This document shows, piece by piece, positions 51,241 through 61,665 of a stretch of DNA of 64,000 bases (position 1 is its first letter; the number at the start of each line of letters is the position of its first letter). The notes under the pieces were generated by a model. It worked only from the letters and a program-made list of their open reading frames with translations. It was not told where the DNA came from and ran no database searches. The position numbers and the translations under genes are program-made. Source of the DNA: Tubiluchus corallicola (lineage: Eukaryota > Animalia > Priapulida); assembly GCA_030141605.1 (NCBI GenBank), contig JAQGDQ010000081.1, positions 62,001-126,000 on the forward strand, given 5' to 3'.

Positions 51241-52439
51241 GGTTTCTATGAGTGTACTCACTTTACCCCTAATCATGACAGTATAACAGTAAAAAGTTTC
51301 GTACTATATCATAAAAATCTGATGACACTATTATAGTGAAGTTTCTATCGTTATTCATAAATTAAGTTCAGCCTTGTGATCTACTCATGTTTGGGAATTA
51401 TTGCAAGAACCATACCCTGCAGCAAGACACCAAAACACTGTTTTTTCTATGCTTTAGGATTAAACAACCATATTTTTAGGTGTGGTCATGCATCAAATAA
51501 GGAAGCACGATTTTTACATGTTAGTGCACTACTAAATTCATTTCTGCTGCTAGATACTTTCTCCAATGGAATAATACCTTTTCAGCAATGACTAAATCAA
51601 GTGTCAGAATAGTCACTATAGGTAATAACATATCAAAGCATTTTTGTGAGAAGACAAATGCACTCACCAAAATAATATAAAGTCAAATACTTTAATATTA
51701 TAGATAGAGCTACATAGAAAATAGACATTTAATAAGTATATTGTATAATAAGTATGTACTATTGTTGTATATTAACAGTTTTTGTAACTTCATAAACCTA
51801 CTAGTAAATTTCACAGAAAAAATTTCACATTGTGCAGTCACAGAGCATGCATGATTTTATAACAAAACACAAGGCAAAGCCGACAACCAATCCATAATAT
51901 GCCAACAACCAATTCATAACACTGAGTTATCTACACAGTCAAGAACATAACCATTTAACTGGTGTATGTTTACAAAATTTGTGTAAATATACTAGTTACA
52001 TTACACTAGTTTACAAATAAAACCTAAATTAATTATATATATATATATATTACACATATGAGCCTTATTTTGCTCATATTGCTAAGCCTAGCATTATCAA
52101 TGGGGTATTTTTTAATATGTGATATTTATAATTCAAGTCAATTTGCTAACGACAAGAATAATTATTATTACTGACCATTTTCACAGTTTTTAGATTGTAA
52201 ATTTATGTACACAAGATATGTAAGATATAACGAAATGCATTACGTATCGCGCAAACACAAAAGATTTACAGTATTTACATGATGTGTAACAGAGTACTGA
52301 TAGACACCGACAACCATGTGTGCACAAAATAACGAATTTGTGGATTTACATCGGACTAATAACGTTTCAAAATTAAAACTGGATTTAAATTTAACATAGA
52401 AAAAGAACTTTAAGTGTGCTGTGCATAATGCAAATATTG

Positions 52440-54206
52440 TCACTTATGTGCTACAAATATATTTGCATTTTCCTGGTGCATTGCTTCAAGAGAAGTAGCA
52501 GTAAGTCCTGCTGAAGTTTTATAGTGATCCTCTGTTTTTTCTTGCTCTCTTCTTTTGAGGCATGCTGTCTTTGGGTTTAAGTTGCGCTCCCTAACTTTTT
52601 GCTCTAAGTTGGTAATTACTGATACAGCTTGATGTAAAATGCTAAGTTTCGTTTGTGGTTTATCTGTAGACATGTGCATTTGACACATTTTACCTAATTC
52701 TCTCACAGCTTCATTTATGTCACGCACACGTATTCTTTCTCGCGCATTGTTTGCATGGCGTCTTTCTTTTTCTTTTTCATGTTTAGTAGAAGGTTCTCCT
52801 TCGTCTGTGCCAGAAGTAGTGCCACCATTACCACCACGTGAACGTTTTCTGGAAGCAATGCTTGACGTCGATGTAGCTTCTTTCTTTGTAGTGACAGCTT
52901 TTAAGCTTTCAACGCCTCCTTTTTGTTCAGGTTTTAAGGTTGTGCTGTCAGCTGCGGTAGAACTAGTGTCAGGCAATGGTTGTGAGGATTCCACATTACC
53001 AGAAGTTAAAGGACCCGATACGCCAGGAAGATATGTGGCACCAATCATTCCAGGATGTGTACCATACTGAGTTACCTGACCAGAAGGCAAAGGAGTGCCT
53101 TCAGCATGATTACGTAGAACATGAATTGCATCATCCAAGCTTTCTTCTATGCGACTTTGTAATGAATGAAGATTTCCATCACCGTAATTCGGAGATGTGG
53201 ATAGTGGTGAACGTGTACCCCATGCAGAACCTGTATCAGGACTGCTAACAGGTGTGGACGGATTAGAAGGATAAGCATTACTTGTCTGTTCAGTTGAATA
53301 CATAGAAGCTAATGCTGTCCTAACAGCTTCTCCAGTCTGCTGAGAGCTTGTGTTTTCATCAATTCTACCAGATTCTTCTGGATGGTCGGGCTGCCCTCCT
53401 CGAAAAGAAGACATTGGCGGTAATCCACTCGCTATTGCTTGATCTTGTGTAGTACATCTTGGAGGCTCTGGTGGCGGAGGGTGCATAACAGTATAGGTTG
53501 AATTTCCTTGTGAGAACTGTGACCCGAGTCCAGTCATACTAAATGTTGAAAAATTAGATGACATTCCAGAACTACCACCAATATTGTTCACCCATGAGTC
53601 GGGCGTTGCATAACTTGAAGACTCCTGAAAAAATTCGTTTGGATGGTAAACTCTTTGCCGTTTTACTGAAGAACTATCAGTATGATCTGGAATTCGTCGG
53701 CGTCCTTCACCATACGCACCATAAGCACCAAAATAAGGTGCAAATTGTTTTTTGTGGTCAGCAGGTGGCAGTCTTTCTTGGAAATTGATTGCAGGAATAT
53801 CATTTTTTAAACTGCCGTATGGAATTGAAGAATAATTAACATCCTTGTTCTTGCTAGCACTGTCTCCTGGCAGATAAGTAGTGCCCATAAATGAACTGGG
53901 CATGGTTTCATATATTGCCTGTGCATCGTAGAGCTTTGGTTCATAAGTAACACCTGCACTATTCACACCCCAAGTTTCATTCTCTGCACTCACTGTTCTA
54001 GTATTATATGGATAACTAAGACCTGCGTAAAGTTCTGACTGGCTGTTATCTTTTCCGTGTGGCTGTTGAAACATTTGATGGTACGGAGGTGGCAAAATCC
54101 CCTGTCCGGCGCTGTGATCTTCCTTCGGCAGACGGGATGCTGTACTAGGCCATGCGCTAAAATCCAGCAAATCGTCTAGTTCTTTGTCGGGTGCAGCATT
54201 CATCAT
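52440..54206 (-). CDS. Class I bHLH E-protein (TCF3/TCF4/TCF12, daughterless-like) encoded in one uninterrupted 588-aa ORF
   Basis: AD1 DKELDDLLDFS; LPPMSSF; SQQTGEAVRTALASMY; SNPSTPVSSP; AD2 LDDAIHVLRNHA; bHLH ERRHANNARERIRVRDINEA..KPQTKLSILHQAVSVITNLEQKVRERNLNPKTACLKRRE. Confidence 0.96.
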   Translation of the reverse strand: MMNAAPDKELDDLLDFSAWPSTASRLPKEDHSAGQGILPPPYHQMFQQPHGKDNSQSELYAGLSYPYNTRTVSAENETWGVNSAGVTYEPKLYDAQAIYETMPSSFMGTTYLPGDSASKNKDVNYSSIPYGSLKNDIPAINFQERLPPADHKKQFAPYFGAYGAYGEGRRRIPDHTDSSSVKRQRVYHPNEFFQESSSYATPDSWVNNIGGSSGMSSNFSTFSMTGLGSQFSQGNSTYTVMHPPPPEPPRCTTQDQAIASGLPPMSSFRGGQPDHPEESGRIDENTSSQQTGEAVRTALASMYSTEQTSNAYPSNPSTPVSSPDTGSAWGTRSPLSTSPNYGDGNLHSLQSRIEESLDDAIHVLRNHAEGTPLPSGQVTQYGTHPGMIGATYLPGVSGPLTSGNVESSQPLPDTSSTAADSTTLKPEQKGGVESLKAVTTKKEATSTSSIASRKRSRGGNGGTTSGTDEGEPSTKHEKEKERRHANNARERIRVRDINEAVRELGKMCQMHMSTDKPQTKLSILHQAVSVITNLEQKVRERNLNPKTACLKRREQEKTEDHYKTSAGLTATSLEAMHQENANIFVAHK

Positions 54207-54513
54207 TGTGATAAACCTATTTCTTGCACACAGAAATCATTCAGAAAGAAAATCACTATCAATTTAAAAGCGGCAGTTCTTCACAAACAACGACATGTAC
54301 CACAAAAAATAACATGATGTACTGTACTAATAAGTATTGGCAAGTTGCTCTTTGTGTAAGACACAACCAACGCTATTAATGGAAGCAGTGAGTCTCGTTC
54401 AGCGAAGATCATGCGCGCACAGTCACCAGGCGTAACCCAGCGATATCCTTTTTGATCGCCCACGTTGCTTGCTTCAGTAGTTTTAGGGTTGTGTAGTCAA
54501 TTTTCTCAAAATT
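54207..54513. promoter_or_regulatory. Divergent promoter between the E-protein gene and EEF1D, with a TCT/5'-TOP-like initiator on + at 54446-54453
   Basis: 307 bp separate the opposed ATGs; the interval is CpG-richer than its flanks. TCCTTTTT fits the TCT consensus YYC(+1)TTTYY, 66 nt upstream of the EEF1D ATG. Confidence 0.65.
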
Positions 54514-57500
54514 ATGGCTAATCCTCTGATGTTTGAAACAATCTGGTTTGATAGGTACAAATATGAAGATGCATTTTATTCTGAACAGGTATATGGATGG
54601 ATAATATTATAGTTGTTAGTTATTACAAAGCAGTGCATCAATAGCGTTATCTGGGTTGCGTGTAAAATGCAATGTAATATGTCTGTGACTTTTCTTCCTT
54701 GTCATGTTCTTGTGTATGATATAGATATCGGCTGGTTATATTTAAACATCAGTTTTAAATTAAATGGAATACATGATTGATTAGTATTTGTTTCAGCATA
54801 AAATGATAACCATATAAAACATACAATTTAAATATTAAACAATTACTAAAAAGATACTGAAATTATTATATACAAAAATGAAACTAAAATCATTTAAAAT
54901 TTGCAATGATATCATGAATTTAAAACAGTATTTTACAATTTAAAAAAATTCTATTTAAAATACACAGCTGAATTTACATTCAGTAGACATTCATGTCAGT
55001 GCACAAAACATGTCTTATGGCCCTTTCAGACTAGTGAATTTTAATGCCAAGTAAACCTGCCAAGGTACTCGCCAAGCAACTTGTAAGCATGTTCAGACTT
55101 GAAAGCAAAACTTGCTTCAAGTTATTGTCCAACAGTAAGTGCGAATTGACACTGTTCGCTGTTCTATTTTCTATTCGCTGCGAGAAGTTGCGAGTGTAAC
55201 TCACTGAGGCGTTCACACTAGACAGTAAATCAACTTGCAGCAACTGTTGTGGAGCTTTCAATTTCTTGCTGACAGTAACTTGTCAGACAGTTCACACTTG
55301 CGAGTTTGCTGTTAGAGAGAAAGAAAAAGAGACAGAAAACTCGCTAGTCTGAATTTTCTGTTCGGTAATTGGTACTGCTCAGACATACCCACAGGAACTG
55401 CATTGCCATATATAAAAACATCATCTGACTGATGTTCTGGGCAAAGAAAACATAAATTTAGTTTTCATATCATTAAAGTGAATATTGTGAATTTTTGAAT
55501 TTATCTTTCACCGAGGTGGGTCAAACAATGAGTGAATGGTAAAGAAAAAACATAGTAATTCTGATGATCGATATTTAACCCTTATAAGATAACTAGAACA
55601 TAAAAATGTAAAACTTGTGAGTTCATAGATTTACGTAAACAAACCCTACTAATTATAAATTGCTAATAGACCTACTTTTTATAAGACTTGTAATTAGAGA
55701 AAAGGGATCTTGTATTATTATCCTAGCATTGTATTTTTCCATTTCAGGAGCGGCTTGCACAGACCACTATGCAGTGTGCAGTGGAAACAAGTTCACTAGT
55801 AGGCGAAATCGCAAAAGCAAGACAGCAAATCAAAGAAACTTTGAGTTCGGGAGATGCTGATAAAGGCACGTCTCTTTCAAACTTGTCCGCTGATGCTGTA
55901 TCTCGCATTGAGGATCTAGAGAAGAAATACGAAAACTTACACAAGGTACTTTGCAAAATCTCTTTCGCTTAACTGTTATTTTGTATATGACTATTATATG
56001 ATTGTATGATGTATGACTATATGATTTAGGTGTACAAAACACTAGATGTTGCAACATTTTTATAAATGATTTCTTCAAAATAATACAATGTCTTGATGAT
56101 TTATAATCCAAATTAAAAATTATTAATTAATTTATTAAATTTTAGTACAAAAAATTTGAAACTGACCCTGGAATTACAACCTCATCGGCCTCTGTGGTCG
56201 TGCATAGATTTATGACAAAACGGATTTAAGTTTTTTCCGTTTTCTAATGCAACATTTTCAAAAGTTCATTTGCTCACATTAGATTAAAGTTTTTAGTAAC
56301 TGGTCTAAGACACTGGACTAGCGATCTATATCAGTTCAATATAAGCTTGTAGTTCAGTTATAAGGTCTTCTTCACCTTTTTTACATTGAGTCAAGTTTGA
56401 TTTCAAATATTTGTAAAATTCTTTCCTGTGTTCTTTCCTTCAGTATTGAGAACATTTGCTTTAAGATTGCTTTTACTTTGCTAAAAATAAAATTTAATAT
56501 ACACTGTACTGAAGAAACAATGATTGAAAGAATCTTTATTATACTCTTACCATATTGATATGGAATTTTGCATTACTCAGTTTTCTTTCACAGATTGTTA
56601 GTAACCTTGAGCGACGGATAGCTTCTCTGGAAGAGAAACCCCACACAACAGTTACTCCAGTGGCTCCACCCAAAATTACAGAAGCTCCAGAGCCAGAGAA
56701 GGAGAAAGATGATAAAGTTGGTAATGATGATGAAGAAGAAGAAGACATTGACCTTTTTGGATCTGATGAAGAAGAAGAAACAGAAGAGCAAATAAGGCAA
56801 AGGTACAAAGTAATGTAAATAAATTGCCACACGTCATTAATATAAGAGTAGAGCGATCTACTTTTCTAGATTACTCTGTTACTTTCATTTTAGAATTTAG
56901 GGTCTTGATTGTGTTCGATTAACTAATCAGAACTATAGACAAGCGAATTACTTTATACAGTTGTCAGTTCTTGGTATGCTGAGTCCTGATCTTCTCAATT
57001 TGTTCTGCTTGCCCTAGGCATTCGTTACTTGCTCACTTGAAAAGTGCTAGATGTAGAAATGGCTAAGGCCCATTCTGAGATTACACAGAGCTGGACAGAA
57101 TCTGTAAGGCATAAGCCGCAACAAGAAAAAGGCGCCTCATGAAAAATCAACATATGCTAGATGATCCCTATCACACAGATAATCCATTTGCAGTTTTCTG
57201 CCAGCTGAGGTTTGCCTACTGTAAGCTGTCAACCATAATGACGGACATACTACTGTAGCTGAAAAGTTTTTCATTATCTCTCTTGATCTTTTGTCTCGTT
57301 CACTTCGTCTATTGCTATAAGTGGGTCTGACCCACATTGTTTGTTTGGGCTTTTTTAGCACATTTCATTAGGAACTATAATGCAACATGATCCAGTTGTT
57401 GACGCATATTCAACATTTTGAATGACCCACAAAACTGATTCCTTCCTCCCACCAAAAACAGATTTTGGCAAAACCCCTCAAGTGCTAGTTACACAGTGCA

Positions 57501-59268
57501 AGGTGCTTACCATGGTTTGGATTATGATATGCGCCTTACAGAAGATGGAAGATGCCTTATGGCTTACAGATTATGGATTATGGCTTACTTCTTATGGCTT
57601 CTTCTGTGTGACACGGGCCTATTAGTTATACCACTTCAAACTAAGTGGGCTTCTCGTCACTGTGTTGCCATGGGCATACACGAACCATTGTCCATACTGT
57701 TATTTCGTTCTTTCCCTGTGAATATTACTATTACATGGTGTAATGGTGCTACATGAAAGAGTGGATTCCTCTGGTGTTCTATGCCTTCTTATCAGTTTGA
57801 GAGCAGTGCCTTGTATTATATTAATACGATAAAAAGTCAAATTAAAGATTCTGAAAATCAAATGTGGCTAGTAATTATCATATATGCAGAAAAATGTCAA
57901 CGTCTTCTTCACTATTCTTAATATGAGTGACTTTCGATCCATTTATACTGATGTTAAAACTTTCGGTTTCATAAAATTCCAGATATGTTTGCACTGCCAC
58001 ATTGCTTGAGTTGTTCTCTCTCTCTCTCATTGCCCCGATGTTTATTCCAGAAAACATTTATTTGTGGATTTATATAAAAACCTTGAGCCGCCTAGAGGGT
58101 TTATTTTTCAATTTTAGACGTCTCAGAGGAACCACATGTGATAAACTCCAAAAAAAACTTATAAAACTGAGATCTGAAGAATTGAATTGTGGGAGATATG
58201 GTGCTGTGTATCATTGGAAAGAGCATTTATTGTGTTGTAATAGACATGATTTGGTTTCTCAGGTGGTTCACAATAACCATTAGCAAACGATCTCGAAAAA
58301 ATAAATTTTAGAAACTGTTTAGGCAACTTAGAAAAAAGATTAAGGAGAAACACTCCTGAAAAGACGACAACGAAATGGTGTATAACGTGTGAATGTTTTG
58401 GTCACTAATATGCGCACTTAAAGAAACGGGTAGGGGTATATTTCAGAGTTTTTACATAAGTATGTGCTGTTAGAACAGCCATTATGTTTGTCTTCAGGAA
58501 TGTGGGAATTCCTGTTCCATGAATTATCAGCTAACGGGTTACGCAAAGTGCTGTATTAGGGAATCTTTGCTAACTTATAACTGTCATATTGTTGAAAAAT
58601 GTAACAAGACACTACGTTGAATGTTCATGCATTATTAGGTAATGATATTAATTTAATCCTGATGTTGATTATAGTTATTGCTGTTGCAATTGTGGTTGTT
58701 CTTCTTGTTGTTATAGTTCTGGCTTATCATCGTTAATATCTAAAAATCTATCAAAAATGAAAGGTATTTTGACAGCTTTTAGAAATTCATTAAATGTTTA
58801 ACAAAGTCACTAGTAGGTGGCAACAAAATATTTATACACTGTTTAACAATGATATAATTAGTCACAGTTTATTACAATTAACTAAAACAAGTCACTTCTT
58901 TTCTTTTTTATGTAACGTTTTTTTATATTTAACTCTTTGGTTATAGGGAGGAAAGAGTAAGAGCATATGAGGCAAAGAAAGCTAAGAAGCCCGGTGTAGT
59001 TGCAAAGTCCAACATCATTCTATTTGTAAAACCTTGGGATGATGAAACTGACATGAAGGAGATGGAAAGGTTAGTGAGAAGCCTACAGACAGATGGTCTT
59101 CTGTGGGGTGCATCAAAGCTGGTTCCAGTTGGCTATGGTATAAATAAGCTGCAGATCAGTTGTGTAGTAGAAGATGATAAAGTCGGAACTGACTGGTTAG
59201 AGGAAAACATCACGCAATTTGAGGATTATGTGCAAAGCGTTGATATAGCAGCTTTCAATAAGATTTAA
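54514..59268 (+). CDS. EEF1D: Translation elongation factor 1-delta (eEF1B delta), 4 exons, ~267 aa
   Basis: Exons 54514-54588 ([20 protein letters not shown], delta-type N-terminus), 55748-55945, 56594-56802 (leucine zipper; [11 protein letters not shown] acidic site) and 58947-59268 (KPWDDETD...[21 protein letters not shown]...[12 protein letters not shown]). Intron phases 0, 0, 2 are consistent. AATAAA near 59308. Confidence 0.95.
55025..55353. mobile_element. MITE-like element in EEF1D intron 1
   Basis: 13-bp inverted repeats with one mismatch: TTCAGACTAGTGA (55025-55037) and TCGCTAGTCTGAA (55341-55353). A related internal motif GGCGTTCACACTAG lies at ~55208. Confidence 0.5.
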
Positions 59269-59879
59269 TGATACTGTAGCAATGTATGTTAACATCAAAG
59301 TTTTTAAATAAAACTTGATAAATTACTGCAGAATTATTTGTGTTGACTGATATTGTTTTAAAGTTAAATGTTTAGTTATCTGAACTTCTGTAATAGACAA
59401 GCATTTCCGAGCAGCAAAATACTGGACTGAAGAAGTTGCACACGAGTTTTTTGAAATGACTTCATGGATGTAAGTCTGCTTTGTTCATATACAAAAGTAA
59501 ATATTGATATAAATGGCCTTTGTTGCATATTAGCATAGCCTGGTAGGTCTTGCTAAACTACGATCAAAGTAATTCGAAATTTTGCGAATCCACTTTGCTC
59601 CAAAAATTGATAAAAATAGTTCAATATATTATAAATTCGCATATTTTTTGCCCTGTTAAGATTGATTTTACCTTGACCAACAGATGGCACCACAGCGCAA
59701 TATGTAGATATTCTAACTACACGTCAATTATCATATCTAATGAGATTGATGCCACAATGTTTTACCAAAAAATAGAATTAGAATGCTTAGAATGCATTCT
59801 GTCGATATGATTGATACGCATCACAGTAACATGACACTAATTAGTTTCTGCATTGGTACCTGTTCATACGTATCTGGCT

Positions 59880-60160
59880 TACTCTTCCGCTACACCTCTC
59901 TTCATTGACGTATTAGTGACGTCACCGCTTCAAGCAGGTACACATCGCAGAGCGGTAATAACAATAAGAGAGTGAAAACACTGAATATAAATAATGTTGA
60001 ATGGAGTAAACGTGCGAGGGTGTTTAAGTTCGTTTTTGTAAAATGATCACAATCGATGTGGCCAGTATTACAAGTGTATGAAAGATGTAATTATGAATAA
60101 AAATTATCAAGCATGTGTTCTCTTAACAATTTCAGTCTTCCATATAGTCACAGGTAAGCT
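59880..60160 (+). promoter_or_regulatory. Candidate promoter (CRE palindrome) with a downstream 18-nt micro-exon of an unidentified + strand gene
   Basis: GTGACGTCAC at 59916-59925 plus a TGACGT half-site at 59906; ttcAG|TCTTCCATATAGTCACAG|GTAAGC defines an exon at 60136-60153. Confidence 0.35.
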
Positions 60161-61592
60161 ATACATAACACATTTGAGCTTTTCATAGATTTGTAAGTTA
60201 GAGCGCTTTTGTAAGCATGTTCTGGAGATTTTGATGCCTAGTATATGAAAAATGCTGTATTATATACGTGTTTCAGTGCGTAATGACAGACTGTAGGTTT
60301 CTGAACAGTATCACCTTTTATACTGCCCCTGACTTTTATATCTCGTTTAGTGCACATGGATTAGATTTTGGTCCCGCCACAGATATCTGCTTTAAGAGAT
60401 CTTGCAGTTGAGGGCTAAATACGGATTATAAACTACTGAACTACATGAAAAAGTTATGAGTGAGCTTCAATTCTTTTATTAATAATTATAGACAATGCTG
60501 TGCAGAGGGCAACAGAAAATTTGCATAAAGTACATGTATTTGTTAAACAGGTTAAGACAACGATGATAGAAAACTGCTTGATTGTGTTGATAAGACAAGC
60601 TGCTACCTCGTGAAAATTTATCAATGAAAAATTAATCAAATTTAACTAAAACTGAGAAAACGTTTAAGTTTTTTGGCAAAGCTGGAGGTTCATACGAAAA
60701 ACTGCAAAAATCTTATTAAAAAAACTTAAGCATAACATCTTGCTCCCGGCCATGCCGCCTCAAAGTGAAAAACAGTGTCAAAGTGTTGAACTTATTTTTC
60801 AATTCACCATAAACACTTAATTTACCGTTGTTTACGTAAGCAGTCTGGATTTAATATATCCGGTCGAGAGACCCAGTGAAGGTTAACAAATTGGCATATC
60901 TTAGGCGATCAATCAAATTCGTGAATCCTGGGTTCCATCAGTAGATTGGTACCTCCAACTCGAGGTTTTTTGCTACTCCATTTGTTTCTAATAGTTATAT
61001 TTTCCCCATTAATGACAGTTTGTAGAATGCATGAGTAGGCCTATAACTTAGTGTCCATTTTTTGACGTATGGTAAGTCACCAAATTCCGTATATTGACTC
61101 TGGTAAAAGCGACAGTATAAACTTTTTCCAGGATGTTGAATAGTATTTACTAGTAACCAGACGATCAATGTTGCTACGGAGAAGTTATTACAGGTGCTTT
61201 TACCTGTTTGTATGCAGGTGTGCTGGGCGCACGCTCGATTTCTACACCATAGTGAAGCCAATGTTTAGTGAAGCCTTGGTGACAATACATCACATGACGG
61301 GGACACATGAAATATTTATGAGCAATAATCATTACTTTTGTTTTTACCGCGTGTTGACAAATTAACAGTTTTGTTGTTTTGAGTGCCGTGGAAAAAGTAA
61401 ATTTGATTGTCATATGCATGATGTATTCTAATATAATAACGTTGATGTATCACCTAATAAATTGCATACAAAATTGTAAAGTCAAAGTACTGGCGATAAT
61501 TCTAAATTAAGTGCTGTACAGCACTTGTGGTGGAATATTTTGTTCCTTCGGCCTACAAATGAGGTACCAGTCTGCACTTGCTACGCCGCTCA

Positions 61593-61665
61593 TCTCTCTC
61601 TCTCTCTCTTTCTCCTCTCTTGCTCGCTCTCGCTCTCTCCCCCTCTTTCTGTCTTTCTGTCTCGC
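61593..61665. repeat. (CT)n-rich tract
   Basis: Visible directly; explains the RE-repeat and LS-repeat ORFs. Confidence 0.9.

Noticed and set aside
52717-53788. Plus-strand ORFs antisense to the E-protein gene (also those antisense to the GPCR, ARL4 and the LINE)
   Set aside because: They are shadow ORFs of real coding sequence with no independent signal.
58934-58944. TCTTTGGTTAT, identical to nt 1-11 of miR-9
   Set aside because: It is the polypyrimidine tract and acceptor of EEF1D exon 4, with no hairpin. It shows that 11-nt miRNA matches arise by chance.
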